Shown here: piece by piece, positions 32,697 to 45,239 of the stretch
Layout of the letters: each line of letters begins with the position of its first letter
Numbering within the stretch: the stretch's first letter is position 1
Origin: Azolla caroliniana
Lineage: Eukaryota; Plantae; Polypodiophyta
Length of the DNA: 64,000 nt
Direction: 5' to 3'
NCBI GenBank assembly: GCA_043228905.1
Contig: JBHGNT010000002.1
Coordinates: forward strand, 5,394,001 to 5,458,000
Program-made: the position numbers and the translations under genes
Notes under the pieces: model-generated
What the model saw: the letters and a program-made list of their open reading frames with translations, nothing else
What the model was told of the DNA's origin: nothing
Databases searched by the model: none

Positions 32697-35600
32697 CCGT
32701 GATTGTGTGTTCGAGACGCCGACAACAAAATCCGGCTATCGGCTACCGTAATGCCGCTACGTAGCACGTACACGTGATCGAAGGAAGAAAAACAAAAGAA
32801 GAGAAGACACAATCAACATGAACACCCAAATGGGTAGCTCGCTCCCTAGCGAAAAGCTAGACTAGAGCAATTATTCATCTTGGGAGTACAAGATGACCCA
32901 ATACCTCGTCGGCCAAGGGTATTGGAGCTACATTCACGACGCACTCGAAAACAAGCCCGACATCAAAAACGCCAACTACCCAGCGTGGGAGCAAGGAGCG
33001 AGTCGGGTAATGTATTGCTTGGCAACATGTGTCCACGACCACATTCAAGACGCCAAGACGCCTAAAGAGGCGTGGGCGAATTTAAAGAAAATTTTCGCTG
33101 CCAACACGACCGCCCGAAAGCTTCAACTCCAACAAGAGTTGAACAACATTCGGCAAAAAGACATGTCTATGTCAGACTACACCGCCAAGATCAAGAGCAT
33201 TTGCGACTCACTTGGCTCCATCAACATAAACGTCAACGAAGACGAGATAGTTCAAGTATGCTTGGGCGGCCTCGCACAACGATTCGATCCATTACGGATG
33301 GCAATCTTGGCGAGAGAAAACCCTCCCTCATTCATCGACCTCCAATCAATGCTATTGGTTGAAGAGAACCACGTCCGAACCAAAAGCAAGACGTCGGAAG
33401 GACAAATGTTCTTCTCGAATTCGAATGGTGGCCGAGGAGGAAGTCGCGGCGGTAGAAGAGGTCAATTCGGCCCATCACACGAAGGGAACCCAAACCTTCA
33501 CGGAAGCCATCAAGGAACTTTCGGAATAAGGGGGAGCTTCCATGCCAAACAAGGTCGGCAAACGACGACGCCCACAACTTGCAATTATTGCGGCAAAGTC
33601 GGCCACCATGAGGCGGTGTGTTGGAAAAAGAGAAGTGAGTCGGCTTCAACAAGTCGACAACTCATAAACTACGCATCGAACTCCTACTATGACAATCGTA
33701 GCGGAATGTTCACGAATCACACATTGAATTCCGACTACGGCGACCGTGGCAGAATGTTCGTAATGAGGCATAGAGCGAACTCTATGACGGCCTCCAACTC
33801 CGCAAGCACCTCCAATTCGGAAGACGTGCAGTTCGTCGATTCCGGCGCCTCACATCACATGACATCCCACAAGGAGTGGTTCAATGACTTGCGTACACCA
33901 GATCAACCCAGCTACATAGAGACGGGAGACAACACCACGCATCCCATTCGGCACATCGGCAATGTCCCATTCGGAAAAGAAGGCGAGCAAACTTGCATCA
34001 AGAATGTCTTGCATGTGCCCACAATAACGAAGAATTTGGTCTCGGTCGGCCAAATCATGGAGCAAGGCATGCAAGTCTGCTTCAACAACGAAGGTTGTTT
34101 CATCGAGAAAGATGGTCGACTCATAACCAAGGGACGAAGAGACGGTCGAATGTTCATCCTCGATTCGAACGAGGTGAAATCGGCAATGTACACTAAAGGT
34201 CTCAAAACCGAGACAAGCATCGAGTTGTGGCACAAGAGAATCGGCCACATGGCACATTAGTCTCTCGACGATGCCTTCTGATTCGTCAGCTTTATTGATG
34301 ACTCGACTCAAAAGGTGTGGGCATATCCGATGTTGAGAGATCAAGCTCAATTTAGTTTAGTTAGTTAGTCAACAATATAACTTCGTAGTTACCTAAATAT
34401 AATCTATTTAGAAGTGTTGACTATAACGCCTTAAATAGGACCTTGTACTTATGTGGGATATTCTAGATCCTCCACTCCTAGGTACATTTAATATAGGACT
34501 TACACCTTAGTACCTATATTCTACTCACACATGTGCACCTTTGCACATGAGATAGTATATATACCTCATTGTGGGTATTTTTGTATTTGATGATGATAAA
34601 GCTAATTTAATATAGTTACTCATCCCCCATCTTGTGTTGTTCATAAGTGTATCTCTCTCTCCCTCTTCCTCTCACACACATACACACACATATCACTTAA
34701 TCTTCCGCTTATTAACTTAATCACATAATTAGGTACTAATTAACCCATACTTAATTACTTCCCTAATTCTTAACATCCGATAAAGACCAAAGATCTAGTG
34801 GTTCTCAATTTTCTCCGATTGGCTTGCTATGGTCAAGAATTAGTCCGGCCGAAAATTGAAATGCTTTCGAACAGATAATGGAGGAGAGTTCAAATCTGAA
34901 GAATTCGTCAGATTCTGCCAACAACGCGGTATACGACATGAATATACGGCACCCCACAATCCGGAGCAGAATGGAATTGCCGAGCGGATGAATCGGACAA
35001 TTCAAGAAAGGATAGTTTCCATGCTCCAACACTTCGGACTATCAGATGGCTTTTGGGAAGAGGCACTACTTACGCAGTACACATAATCAATATGTCGCCT
35101 AGTAGGCCTCTAAGACTTTGGATACCTCAGGAACTATGGAACGGCATCAAGCTGAATTACGACAAGCTAAGGATTTTCGGGTGCAAGGCATACGCCCTCA
35201 TACCGAAAGACGATCGCCGCAAACTTGCACCAAGGTCCCGGAAATGCATTTTCCTCGATTATGGACCAAATGGTGAAATCGGCTACTGACTTTAGGACCT
35301 TGAGCACAGACAGATCGTCTGAAGTTCAAACATAGTGTTCAATGAGTCAGCCATGCATCAATTGGCCGAAAAGCCAATTGAAGTCCGAAGGGTAATTTTT
35401 TCTAATGTGCCAACCCTTCACGAAGGCCCAACCCGCAACAAAAGATCGGCTTCACGGGTAGCCGAAACCTCTAGCACTGACTCGGCAGCATCCGACTCGG
35501 CACAACCGAATGTTTCGGCTTTTGACCATCCGACTTCGATACCCGATGCAACTAGTCTAGTCATACCTCGAAGATCAGTGAGACTGTCGCGGCCCCTAGA

Positions 35601-37623
35601 GAGATACTCTCCTGGAATCTTCTTTACGGACGCCAGAGAACTGACGTCATACGAAGAAGCATCGGCATCTGCCGATTCGGCCACCTAGCATCTGGCAATG
35701 GAGTCCGAAATGAACTCCATTCGAGCAAACCAAACTTGGGACTTGGTTGAACTACCGAAAAATCGATGTGCTCTTCCGTGCAAATGGGTCTATAGAATTA
35801 AAGAGACGTTTGATTCGTCCACCCCAAAATTCAAGGCCAGGTTAGTTGCGAAAGGGTTTCAATAGGAATGACAACCCTCCCCTTTATGCTCGGCGTTGTG
35901 GTAGCCGAGAATTTGGAGTTGATTTAGCTAGATGTCAAAACGGCATTCCTCCATGGTGATCTAGAGGAGGAAATTTATATGGAGTAGACGAAAGGCTTCG
36001 TCGCACCCGGTCAAGAACATCTAGTCTCCCGACTCAGGAAGAGTCTTTATAGCTTGAAACAAGCACCGCGACAATGGTGTTAGAAGTTTGATGACTTCAT
36101 TCAGTCGGTTGGCTTCTCGAAGAGCGATGAGGGCCATTGTCTCTTCACGAAAACAACTTGAGATGGGTCACCCATCTTCCTCATCATCTACGTGGACGAC
36201 ATGCTAATCTCCGGTCGGTAAGCCGGAGAGCTTGTCGAACTCTTTCGGCAACTACGGTTTAAGTTTGCCATGAAGGACCTCGGTTCGGCAAGACACATTC
36301 TCGGCATGAAGATCAATCGAAATCGAAATCGAAGACAATTGTGTTTGTCCCAATGCGACTATATTACCCGTGTCCTCGAACGCTTCAACATGCAATCGGC
36401 TAAACCTACTTCAAACCCGCTCCCCATTAGCCTTTGGCTGTCTCAACGAGACTGCCCAACATCTGCTTCGGAGGGGGACATTATGAAGTCGATACCGTAT
36501 GTACAGGCAATCAGCTCCTTGATGTATGCAATGGTCGCGACACGGCCTGACATAGCTCACGTCGTAAGAGTCGTCAAGAGATTCATGCACAACCCTAGCC
36601 AATCGCACTAGAACGCAGTAAAGCATGTGTTCAGATATATGGTGGGCACAAAAGACCTTGCCATTCTATTCGGCCCGAATGACACCTCAGGCGTAGTCGG
36701 CTTATACCGACTCCGACGTTGTCAACTGTGTGGTCAGTTGAAAATCGACAATCGAATACTGCTTTAAGTTCGGCAATGGAGCAATCTCGTGGAAACCGAA
36801 ACTTCAGGAGTGCACTGCCACATCAACGACCGAGGCCGAATACGTAGCTGTGTCCAATGTGGCGAAAGAGGCCTTAGGCTCGGTCGGTTGGCTTGCACGT
36901 TTCAACAAGTCGAATCCGACTCAACTCCAGTTATCTACAATGACAGTCAGGGTGTTGTCGCTCTGTCGAAAAATCCGGTTCATCACAACGCCTCGAAGCA
37001 CATCGACGTTCGATATCACTTTGTTCAGGACTGGACTACGTAATTTCAGGGAAAATCGGCCTCGAGAAGATATCTACAATCGATAATGTCACAGATGGGA
37101 TGACCAAGTGTCTTTCAGCGGATCAATTTCGATCCTTTCGGCACGAAATGGGCATAACGAAGAATCGGTCCAATTAAGTCAGGCACTTAGGATGTTTTCG
37201 AACAATCGACCTCGATAGTTCGAAGTTCAGCCTTAACTTCCCCAACCTTGGCTAGTTCGGCCTTTAGTTTTTTCGAAGTTCACCGACTTGAACAAAATTT
37301 TAATTTGTTCAAAAACTTTGTATCAATTTGTATGGTACATTTATTTTGATTTACAGAATTTCAATGTATACGCCCATTACGGGGGAGTGTTGAATGCGGA
37401 TTTCTAATGAATGTATTCACATTGTCTCCTTTTGTACACACTAGGTTTAGGCTATTTATGTAAATAGTGAGAAGGGCAATTGCCCTAAGTCAATCAATAT
37501 ATAAACTGACTTTGTAACCTAGTTTTGTAGTTGTTGAAATATAGTTCATCTTGTGCCTAATCGTCTCTCTCTCTTGCATTCTTGTTGTGTCTTGTTTCTC
37601 TGTTTCTGTTTTTTATGCCATCA
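32697..37623 (+). mobile_element. Decayed Ty1/Copia 'Copia-3', outermost host of the nest
   Basis: gag from ~32818 (NYSSWEYKM, CNYCGKVGH), PR (FVDSGASHHM), INT (RTDNGGEF), RT (YVDDM), RH (SKHIDVRYHF); many stops. PPT GGGGGAG, then 3' LTR from 37388; the LTR right end is uncertain. Confidence 0.88.
34331..34775 (+). mobile_element. Solo LTR family X, copy 2 (in the Copia-3 integrase)
   Basis: TGTTGAGA...TTAACA; perfect TSD TCCGA. Confidence 0.9.
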
Positions 37624-37706
37624 ATCTACCTTGCTTGCATCCACTTATGATCCTCACCGTAGGAGAGTGTTGATTTGTTCTGCACGACACGACAACGTTC
37701 TCAACA

Positions 37707-37914
37707 CCCATTGGGTGATGCCGAGGTCGTGACATGTTGCCTCACTGATGACATTAACACCCGAACCACCATCGATAATGCAGCCATGAACCTCGCGGCC
37801 TTTGATGATGAGCTTAACCGAGGGGTTCTGGGAGTCCATTAATGGTGGACCGATGTCCGGCTCTGTACAGACCAAGTGGTTAGCACTTTGCCGGTGGTCA
37901 ATATTTAATTGCAT
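37707..37914 (-). pseudogene. Gypsy aspartic protease fragment
   Basis: NPSVKLIIKG...CIIDGGSGVNVISE in ORF 37654-37914. Confidence 0.75.
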
Positions 37915-39247
37915 GTACTGAAAAGATTAAGGGTTCAAAGCATGCATGAAGCAAGGGCAAATGTGTGGCATGTGCTTTTAATCAAACCAATCACCCAAGC
38001 GAAAATAAAACTAGTTGCATATTAAACGAAGCAAGTCCATTTTTATGGAACATAACGAGCGCTAATAAATGAGTTAGAGAGAGCTCATTGTTGGGTTTCC
38101 CATTTTTTGGAACCAAATGCCCAAGCTTTGGTGACAAAGGGAACTACATGGGGTAGCAAATCATGAGGACATGTCAGAGGCTTACAATGACAAAGGTGCC
38201 AAAGTCGATCATATACTTCTATCAGGGATACCCCTTCCACATTTCTTTCTTAATTATACCCCATATGTATCCAACATCATTTTTCGTAATGTCCAATTGA
38301 AAATTGAGCCTACATGTAATCATGGATTTTAAACTACTTTCCCTAACCAATATTTTCTTTTCACGAAATTATATGTTTCATGTAAAACTTAAGTTTGGTT
38401 CTCTTTGAAACCCCATTTCGTGAAGGAAGTCACTCCATTCGTTTGTTTAGCTCCACCCTAATGAATTCGTTATGTTCTGTTGTGTAGGGCTATTTCTCCA
38501 AGCATCATTATTGCTAATATGGACATTGGACACAACTACAAAAGAAGAGGTCAAGACATTGAGCCTCCTTGTCACTTAACCTACCTTGTTGATGCAACTA
38601 CCTGAACTTAGGTTTCATACACATTCACACTTTTCATTAACAAAAGCACATACACCCCACAAGATATACACATAAGATGTATACAAATTTATATTACATT
38701 TCAATTCATCTTTGTTTTGTCATGCATACCTACAAACATATACATGCATATATTGTAAGAATAGTTGTTGCTTGTAGAGTGGCCTCCCACCTACAAGGAC
38801 ATCAAACACAACTATAAAGGAGGAGATGACGAAACCAAACCTCCTCACCACTTAACCTAGGGTGCTCAACCACACCAATCAATCCCAAAATGAAGGACAT
38901 GAAACAAACATAAAATACCATCAGTGTCCCATACAATCAAATATTAGCTTATGTTATGCATTGGTTATTTAATAAATATGAAGAAGAAAATGTAGCCTCG
39001 CCAACAAAGTCTCACTAGTGTCTTAAGATATTGTCATGAAGGGGGTAGTTAGTCCCCTTTACATAGCTCTACACCGAAGGCTCCTCGACCACCACGTTGT
39101 CATGGGTCCATATGGGTTTGTCACATTTTCTAGAATAACCAGTTTCCCAACTATCCTACCCTAAACCCAATAAAATTAGATATAGAATTGGTCCATAAGG
39201 TTACGCCAATAACACCCACTAACGTAAAAAAACACATAGAATACAAC

Positions 39248-39423
39248 ACTATTAAGTACCCACCATTGCAAAGCAAGAAAACATTGGCATCGGTGTAGTT
39301 GATGAGCTCAACGATGTCATGAAGCAAAGGCTTCACTATTAAGTACCCACCATATGCAAAGCAAGAAAACATTGGCATCGGTGTAGGTGCCAAGCTCAAC
39401 GGTGTCATGAAGCAAAGGCTTCA
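39248..39423. repeat. Two-copy 88-bp tandem duplication
   Basis: ACTATTAAGTACCCACCA...CATGAAGCAAAGGCTTC starts at 39248 and again at 39336. Confidence 0.88.
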
Positions 39424-40459
39424 CAATATCAAAAAAATGGGAAAATTCTAAAATGATATCATCCTGCCAACAGTGTGTAGGATTTTACGGTTCGTGAATT
39501 AGACACCAAAATCCCAAGATACAACCTCCGGAAGGATAGTGTTAGGTTCAAGATTGTTAGGAATAAAAAAGTAATTATATAAGAGGGGGGAGGGAGGTTG
39601 AGTTAAAATAAGATCAATTCTATATTTTTTGAAAAAGTGTAATTTTACAGTTTAAATTTATTATTAAAAGCCCCTCTCCCATGGTGGGACAAGGCATGGA
39701 AAGTGAGTGAAGGAGGAGCTCGCAAGGGTGAAGAAGGTGTGGTGTCAAAGATGCCGTTGAAGAAGGTGGTTTGTGCAGGAGATGTATAGTGTGCGCAAAA
39801 AAATACAAAAATCAAGGAAAATAAAATAAGGCAATTTTGTTTTAAGAGTTTGAATTTTACCAAAGCACTTCGTTTTGTAAAGTAATGAATAGAAAGGAAA
39901 AGGAAAGGAAAACAAATAGAGGAAGAGAAATACTTATCATTAAAGTCTGTCCTCCCAAAGAAAGGAATCATGTTTGAATCTTGCCAAAGTAGCTTTTCGC
40001 AAACAAATCTTGTAAGTGTTTTTGAATCAATTAAAATTTTCTTCTCCCGAAAGCTTCGCATTTGTTTCATCTTCTTACCATCGCACCATCTACAATTACG
40101 CCATGTCATATCGAACATCCGCGAATCACAAAACATTGATGGTTGTGACACACGATTGCGATCATTACAACAACAAAATGTTAGAAACAAGGGGAATAGT
40201 GCACAACTCCTTTCAAAGCCTAGGACAAAGGGCCAACCCTCATTGTAAGAAGCTATAAAAGCCACTTTTGGTGACTTTTTTAGCTCTTCTTTTTCTCTTG
40301 AGTTTTATATCTTCATATACCTTAAGCTTCATCACTCTCTTCCTTCTTCCTTAATCTTTCACTTAAGTGAATTGAGTGATTAAGAATAATCACTATTTAG
40401 CTATACCTTAATCACTTTATTGTTACTAGCATAATTGTAACCATAGTTATGGGCTAATT

Positions 40460-41500
40460 TGTACGGATGAAGGGTAAGGATTGAGTTATCTCAACCCTAT
40501 GGTGGGAGATAACTTTTGAGTGTTTCATCACCTAGTTACTTTTTATAATAATAAAAACAACCAATGGGAAACACACACAATGGCCTAGGGTTTGAGCCTA
40601 TATAAGAAAGCTCACTACCTTCATGAAGGGGAATCTTTTTTTTATTTTATGTTATGACTCATGAGATAGAAACTTTGACAGTGTGGCAAACCTGTAGCTT
40701 CATACGTGTGTGCCTCCTCCTTCGTCAAACCCAATGTATGATCCATGTTTGTACCTTGTGGTATGGGACACCAACGAGGGACTTGGATCTGTCTCTCACC
40801 TTCCCTAACGGGTGGTCGGGTGGATTGTCGCCCTTTTTCTTATTTTCCTCTTAAATTTTGCTTTAAGTTAATTAAGATTCTAATAGTTGGTATCCGAGAA
40901 AAATTTACGTTTTCTTGTGTTGGTTCATTTTTTTATGTTTTCCTTGATCCTAGAACAATTAACAAGAGCTTGTAGTTAAGGAGATTGTAGTTACTTACCA
41001 AATAGCAAGAACTATTGCCTAATAAGAATAATAATGCACAAGTTGAGGGAGAGGTATGCGCCATTTTGCAACAAATATTAACCCTTAAAGTAAACTACAT
41101 ATATGAGATATATGTAAGATGGTAGGTTTCCCAGAGTGAAAATCAAACGTTCTCGACCATATACGGAGCAAATAAGTCGACCTAAGTGTCAATGAACTCT
41201 TGAGGTCAAACCCAACCTCTCGGCATGATGTGTTGAGGAGGATAATGGATGAACTAAATGCGAGATATAGATAAATTAAAATGACCACAACTTAGATTAG
41301 TAAAACTTTTGATGAGACTTTTGAGACAATAACATTAATAGATGCTTTTGGTCCCCACTTTGAAATTGATGACACTAGCATGAGTCTCCAAGTAATAGTT
41401 AACAAGATCACCATACTAGTCCTAATGAACAAGGTTTGGACTAAGTATCGTAAGCTACAAATCTTAGCAAAAGTAAAAATGATCACTTTATACAAGAAGT
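40460..41500 (+). mobile_element. Highly decayed LTR element remnant
   Basis: LTR-like block with TATATAAG, followed by PBS-like TGGTATCCGAG at ~40888. Boundaries are approximate. Confidence 0.4.
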
Positions 41501-42767
41501 TAAGGATGATATATGGCTTTACACAAAAGCAGCAGGGTATAATAGTGAGCCACACATTTTAGGTGTATGGATCAAGTCCTATCTCATATTTATTATTGTT
41601 TGTTAGGGTGACCTTTCTTGAAGGTGAGTTGATTACTAATGGTTTACAAGCACAAAAGTAGTGCAACCTATTGAGTATGAGGCTACACCCAAAAGATCCG
41701 TGAACAATAAGTGAACCCATTTTATGGATGATTAGCAACTTATCATATACTTTTCTGCAAGGTTGTTACCTTGTGATCTCAAAGGGAATTGGAAAATTGA
41801 CTATAATATAGAGTTATGGTCAAAACATAATAATAAAAAGTTTTGATATGATTTGGATTCCCTTGTTAGCAAATCCATTGGCACCAAATGTTGTGATGCC
41901 GATGAAGTGATGGTTTCATGTTTCAATTCTATTGCACAAAGATGTAAGCAATCTCAAGCTAGACTAAATGCATCCCATTACCCAAAAAAAGTTGTTACGA
42001 GGACAATGTGGTGGTGCATGTTTCACTTCTAGTGTGCAATGTGTGAGCATCTCAAGGTAGATCCATTAGAAATAGATTTGGTGCTCCCAATCCATTTGGG
42101 TAAATTAGGACTACTTAACTTTATCATAACAATGGAATGTTGGGTGTATATTAATCCCTAATTGAGTTTATCACTAGGTATATAAGGTGAATACACTAAT
42201 GTGACAATAGAACTAAGGTGAATACACTAATGTGGTAAATTAATTAAGAAAATAAGGACCTAATTTTTACGAATAATTTCAAATTATGCAAGTCAAGAGC
42301 TCAATCACCTTCAAACTACTAGGAAAATACAAGGTTTGGGACAAGCCTTTCGAAGGTTCATCTCGAGTAAAGAAAGTCTTAGTGATGATGAAATAAGTAA
42401 TTAGTTTTCATCGTCATAAACTTATGTCTACAAGAGGAAGCTGAATTAGTAGCCCTCCTCAAAGAGTGTAAAACACAATGTTCACATGGAGCTTTGAGGA
42501 TATGAAAGGGGATAACCACATGAAGTAGTCATGGATATATGATCCCTATGCGACATAATGTAATTATGGCTTGATATGATGACAAACATGGAATCACTCT
42601 TGACAAAACTAAGGTCAAAATCTTCTAGAGATGTCTCCACCTTCTAATATAATGCAACTTTGGGTGACAAGGGTACTACAAAAGGCTTTGAGAACATGAG
42701 ACTTACGTGCTAGGTATTTCATCTAATCAATGGGTGTGTAGCTAGGAGATCAACATTGAAGTCACAT

Positions 42768-42870
42768 TATTGGGATAAAGAGTTCCACGTCCACACAAAC
42801 GCCTTTATGTTTGTGGACGACGTTCTAGCCCAACCAAGGGAGGAAAAATAGACTTTGCTACAACTTTTTC
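42768..42870 (+). pseudogene. Gypsy RNase H fragment
   Basis: Reads WDKEFHVHTNA...VLAQP, matching the F.VHTDAS...G.VL.Q RNase H motif. Confidence 0.6.
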
Positions 42871-45239
42871 TAACTGTCAACTCAAACAAGTGGAACATAA
42901 TTATTTGACAATAAAGAATTATAAGGTGTGTTCCACAAGTATTGTGCGTCGTTTCCGTGTGCTTCACGGTTACACATTTATGGATTGATGGAGTTTTGCC
43001 TCATGTCAACATCGTTAGCCTATGATCTGGACCGACATATTCCCTTTTGGTGGCGAACTAGGCCAAGGTGGTTGTCAACCACCTTGGAGCTACTAATTAG
43101 CGTAGCTGTGATTGTTACTACTTAAGCTCTCTCTCTCTCTCTCTCTCTCAACAACGGAATGGGCTCTAGCATTTATCAATGTGTACGGTTTCCTCGTTTC
43201 GCAAAGAAACCGTACACATCGATACATGCTAGAGCCCATTCTATTGTCTTCCATTCGAACCATTGTTTCCATGTGACTTACCTCACATGCATTGCGATGT
43301 GAGACGAGGCGTTGGGGCACAAGTGATGAGAGTGGTCGACTATGCACACATTGCCCTAAACAAGTTCGAGAGTCCGCGGTATCACACTTCGTACAATGCT
43401 CTGCCTCTTATCAGATTCGGCCATGCTTTCCACACATCTTCAACCAAAAGCCCAATCCTCGCACGAATTTCTCTCACAACCACAACGTGCACCTCTCGAT
43501 TGCAACATTCATTGGTAAAGTTTTAGAACATCGAGAGTCGCTACTCACTTTCACACACATCACGTGAAATGTAAATATTTTTGGTCTCATGGGTCATATT
43601 TGAACTCCAAAGACGATAATATAATCTATCTATTTATGTATGTATGTATGTATCCATAGTACGTAAAATTCATGTTCGTCTAGCATAACGTTCGTTTTCA
43701 TACGTTGGAAAACGAATGCGAATGTTATTCAAACACTCTTGCGACTTTATTTTTTGTTTTTTTCCACTTTTTTAAGTTTTTTTTTTTAAAACTTTTTTTT
43801 TCCCCTTTTTTTAGGTTTATTTACCTCATAATAAATAGTTAATCCAAGAGTATGGTATTTACCATTCTTCAAAAAGGGGTGTTTACCATACTCGAGAATG
43901 CGAATGCACGCATGGTACGTATGGTTCAAACTTCATACTATGAATTATGAATGTATGTATCTATCGAAGGGTACCATTTACACCAGAAAGTCTTGAGTTG
44001 TAACTTGTGAGGTTTTGAAAGTGTTATGAAGTGGGGGGTATAAGTGTATAATTTTGTAAAAGCTTCTTCAGAGGGAGGGAGGGGTATAACCTACAAATAG
44101 TTTTCTGCACTGCACTGCACTGCACTGGAACCTGCAGAGCTATGGCGACGACGATTTCCTGCTCCTGCTCCTGCCATCGCAGATATTAGGGCTACAGACT
44201 TCTTCTCCGTTCCTTTCTTCCTTTTTCATCCCCTCCTCGCTCTTCTGAAGATTCGGCCAAACGGAAACCCGGAAGAGATCCGAAGGAAACCACAGAGATC
44301 TCGTGGAAGAATCGCCAGACGAATTCCTCGTTCGTAGGGCTTCCAGGAAGGCAAAACCTCCTCCTTTCTGAAGAGTACCAGAATCAGATGGAGAGCTGTC
44401 GACACGAGAAGATAAGCGAAGGCAAGTCTTCATCTTTGCCTTTCACGGCGAGATAGAGATATTGAGACGTAAGCAAGGAGATATTTGCGATTACGCGAAG
44501 GTATGAATTTTGCCTTTTTTCCGCTCCCTTATTCATCTATGGAGGATTCAATGAGAGGAAGAGATAAAGAGATTTTCTGAAGAAAATCTGCAGAGGTTAT
44601 TGCGATATTAGGTAAGTGAGATTCTACCTTCTTCTTCTAAAGAGGTATCAAAAATAAAAAAGAACCAGAGATAGATAGAGAGTGACAAAAAGAATAAAAC
44701 TGAATTTTTCTGAAAGAATGCATGTTTTTGCTATTCCAAGAATGTGAGGCTTTGATTTTTCTTCTTCGTATCCTTAAAAAGGATTAGAATCAGAAAGAAC
44801 ACAAAGATTTCAAAAGAAAAAGAGAAACGGGGATTTGGCAAAGATAGCAAAGATCTTTTCAAGTACAATAAGATAAAACTTCGCCCATTCTTCTTCTTCT
44901 TCTTCTAGAGAGGGGAGAGAATCAGAAAGAGACGATACCGCTGATACACTCAGAGAGAAAAGAAAGAAGTTATATTGGATAGAACTGATATACGCAGAGA
45001 TAGAGAATCGATGGTGCCCTATAATGCATAACAGCACTCTTTAGTAAGAAAGAGAGATGCAGAGGCAAAATGGATGCTTTCAGGATTCCTATGCTGCTTT
45101 GTGAGAGAAAATATCTAGTATCTGTTAGAGAAATAGAGTACCCAGTATCTGTTGAGAAGGAGTATATGTTATCAAGCAGAGAAACAAAAAGGGCATCTAT
45201 AGTCTTGTATAATACAATACAATACATTTGAGAGAGACA

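Noticed and set aside
37668-37706. 39-bp TGTTGA...TCAACA mini-element after a purine tract
   Set aside because: No TSD and too short; probably a deleted LTR remnant or chance.
39645-40265. 206-aa minus-strand ORF
   Set aside because: No recognisable motif; F/C/L-rich composition typical of AT-rich non-coding DNA.
43655-43942. MITE-like insert in an (ATGT)n tract
   Set aside because: Only a 9-bp imperfect inverted repeat and no clear TSD.
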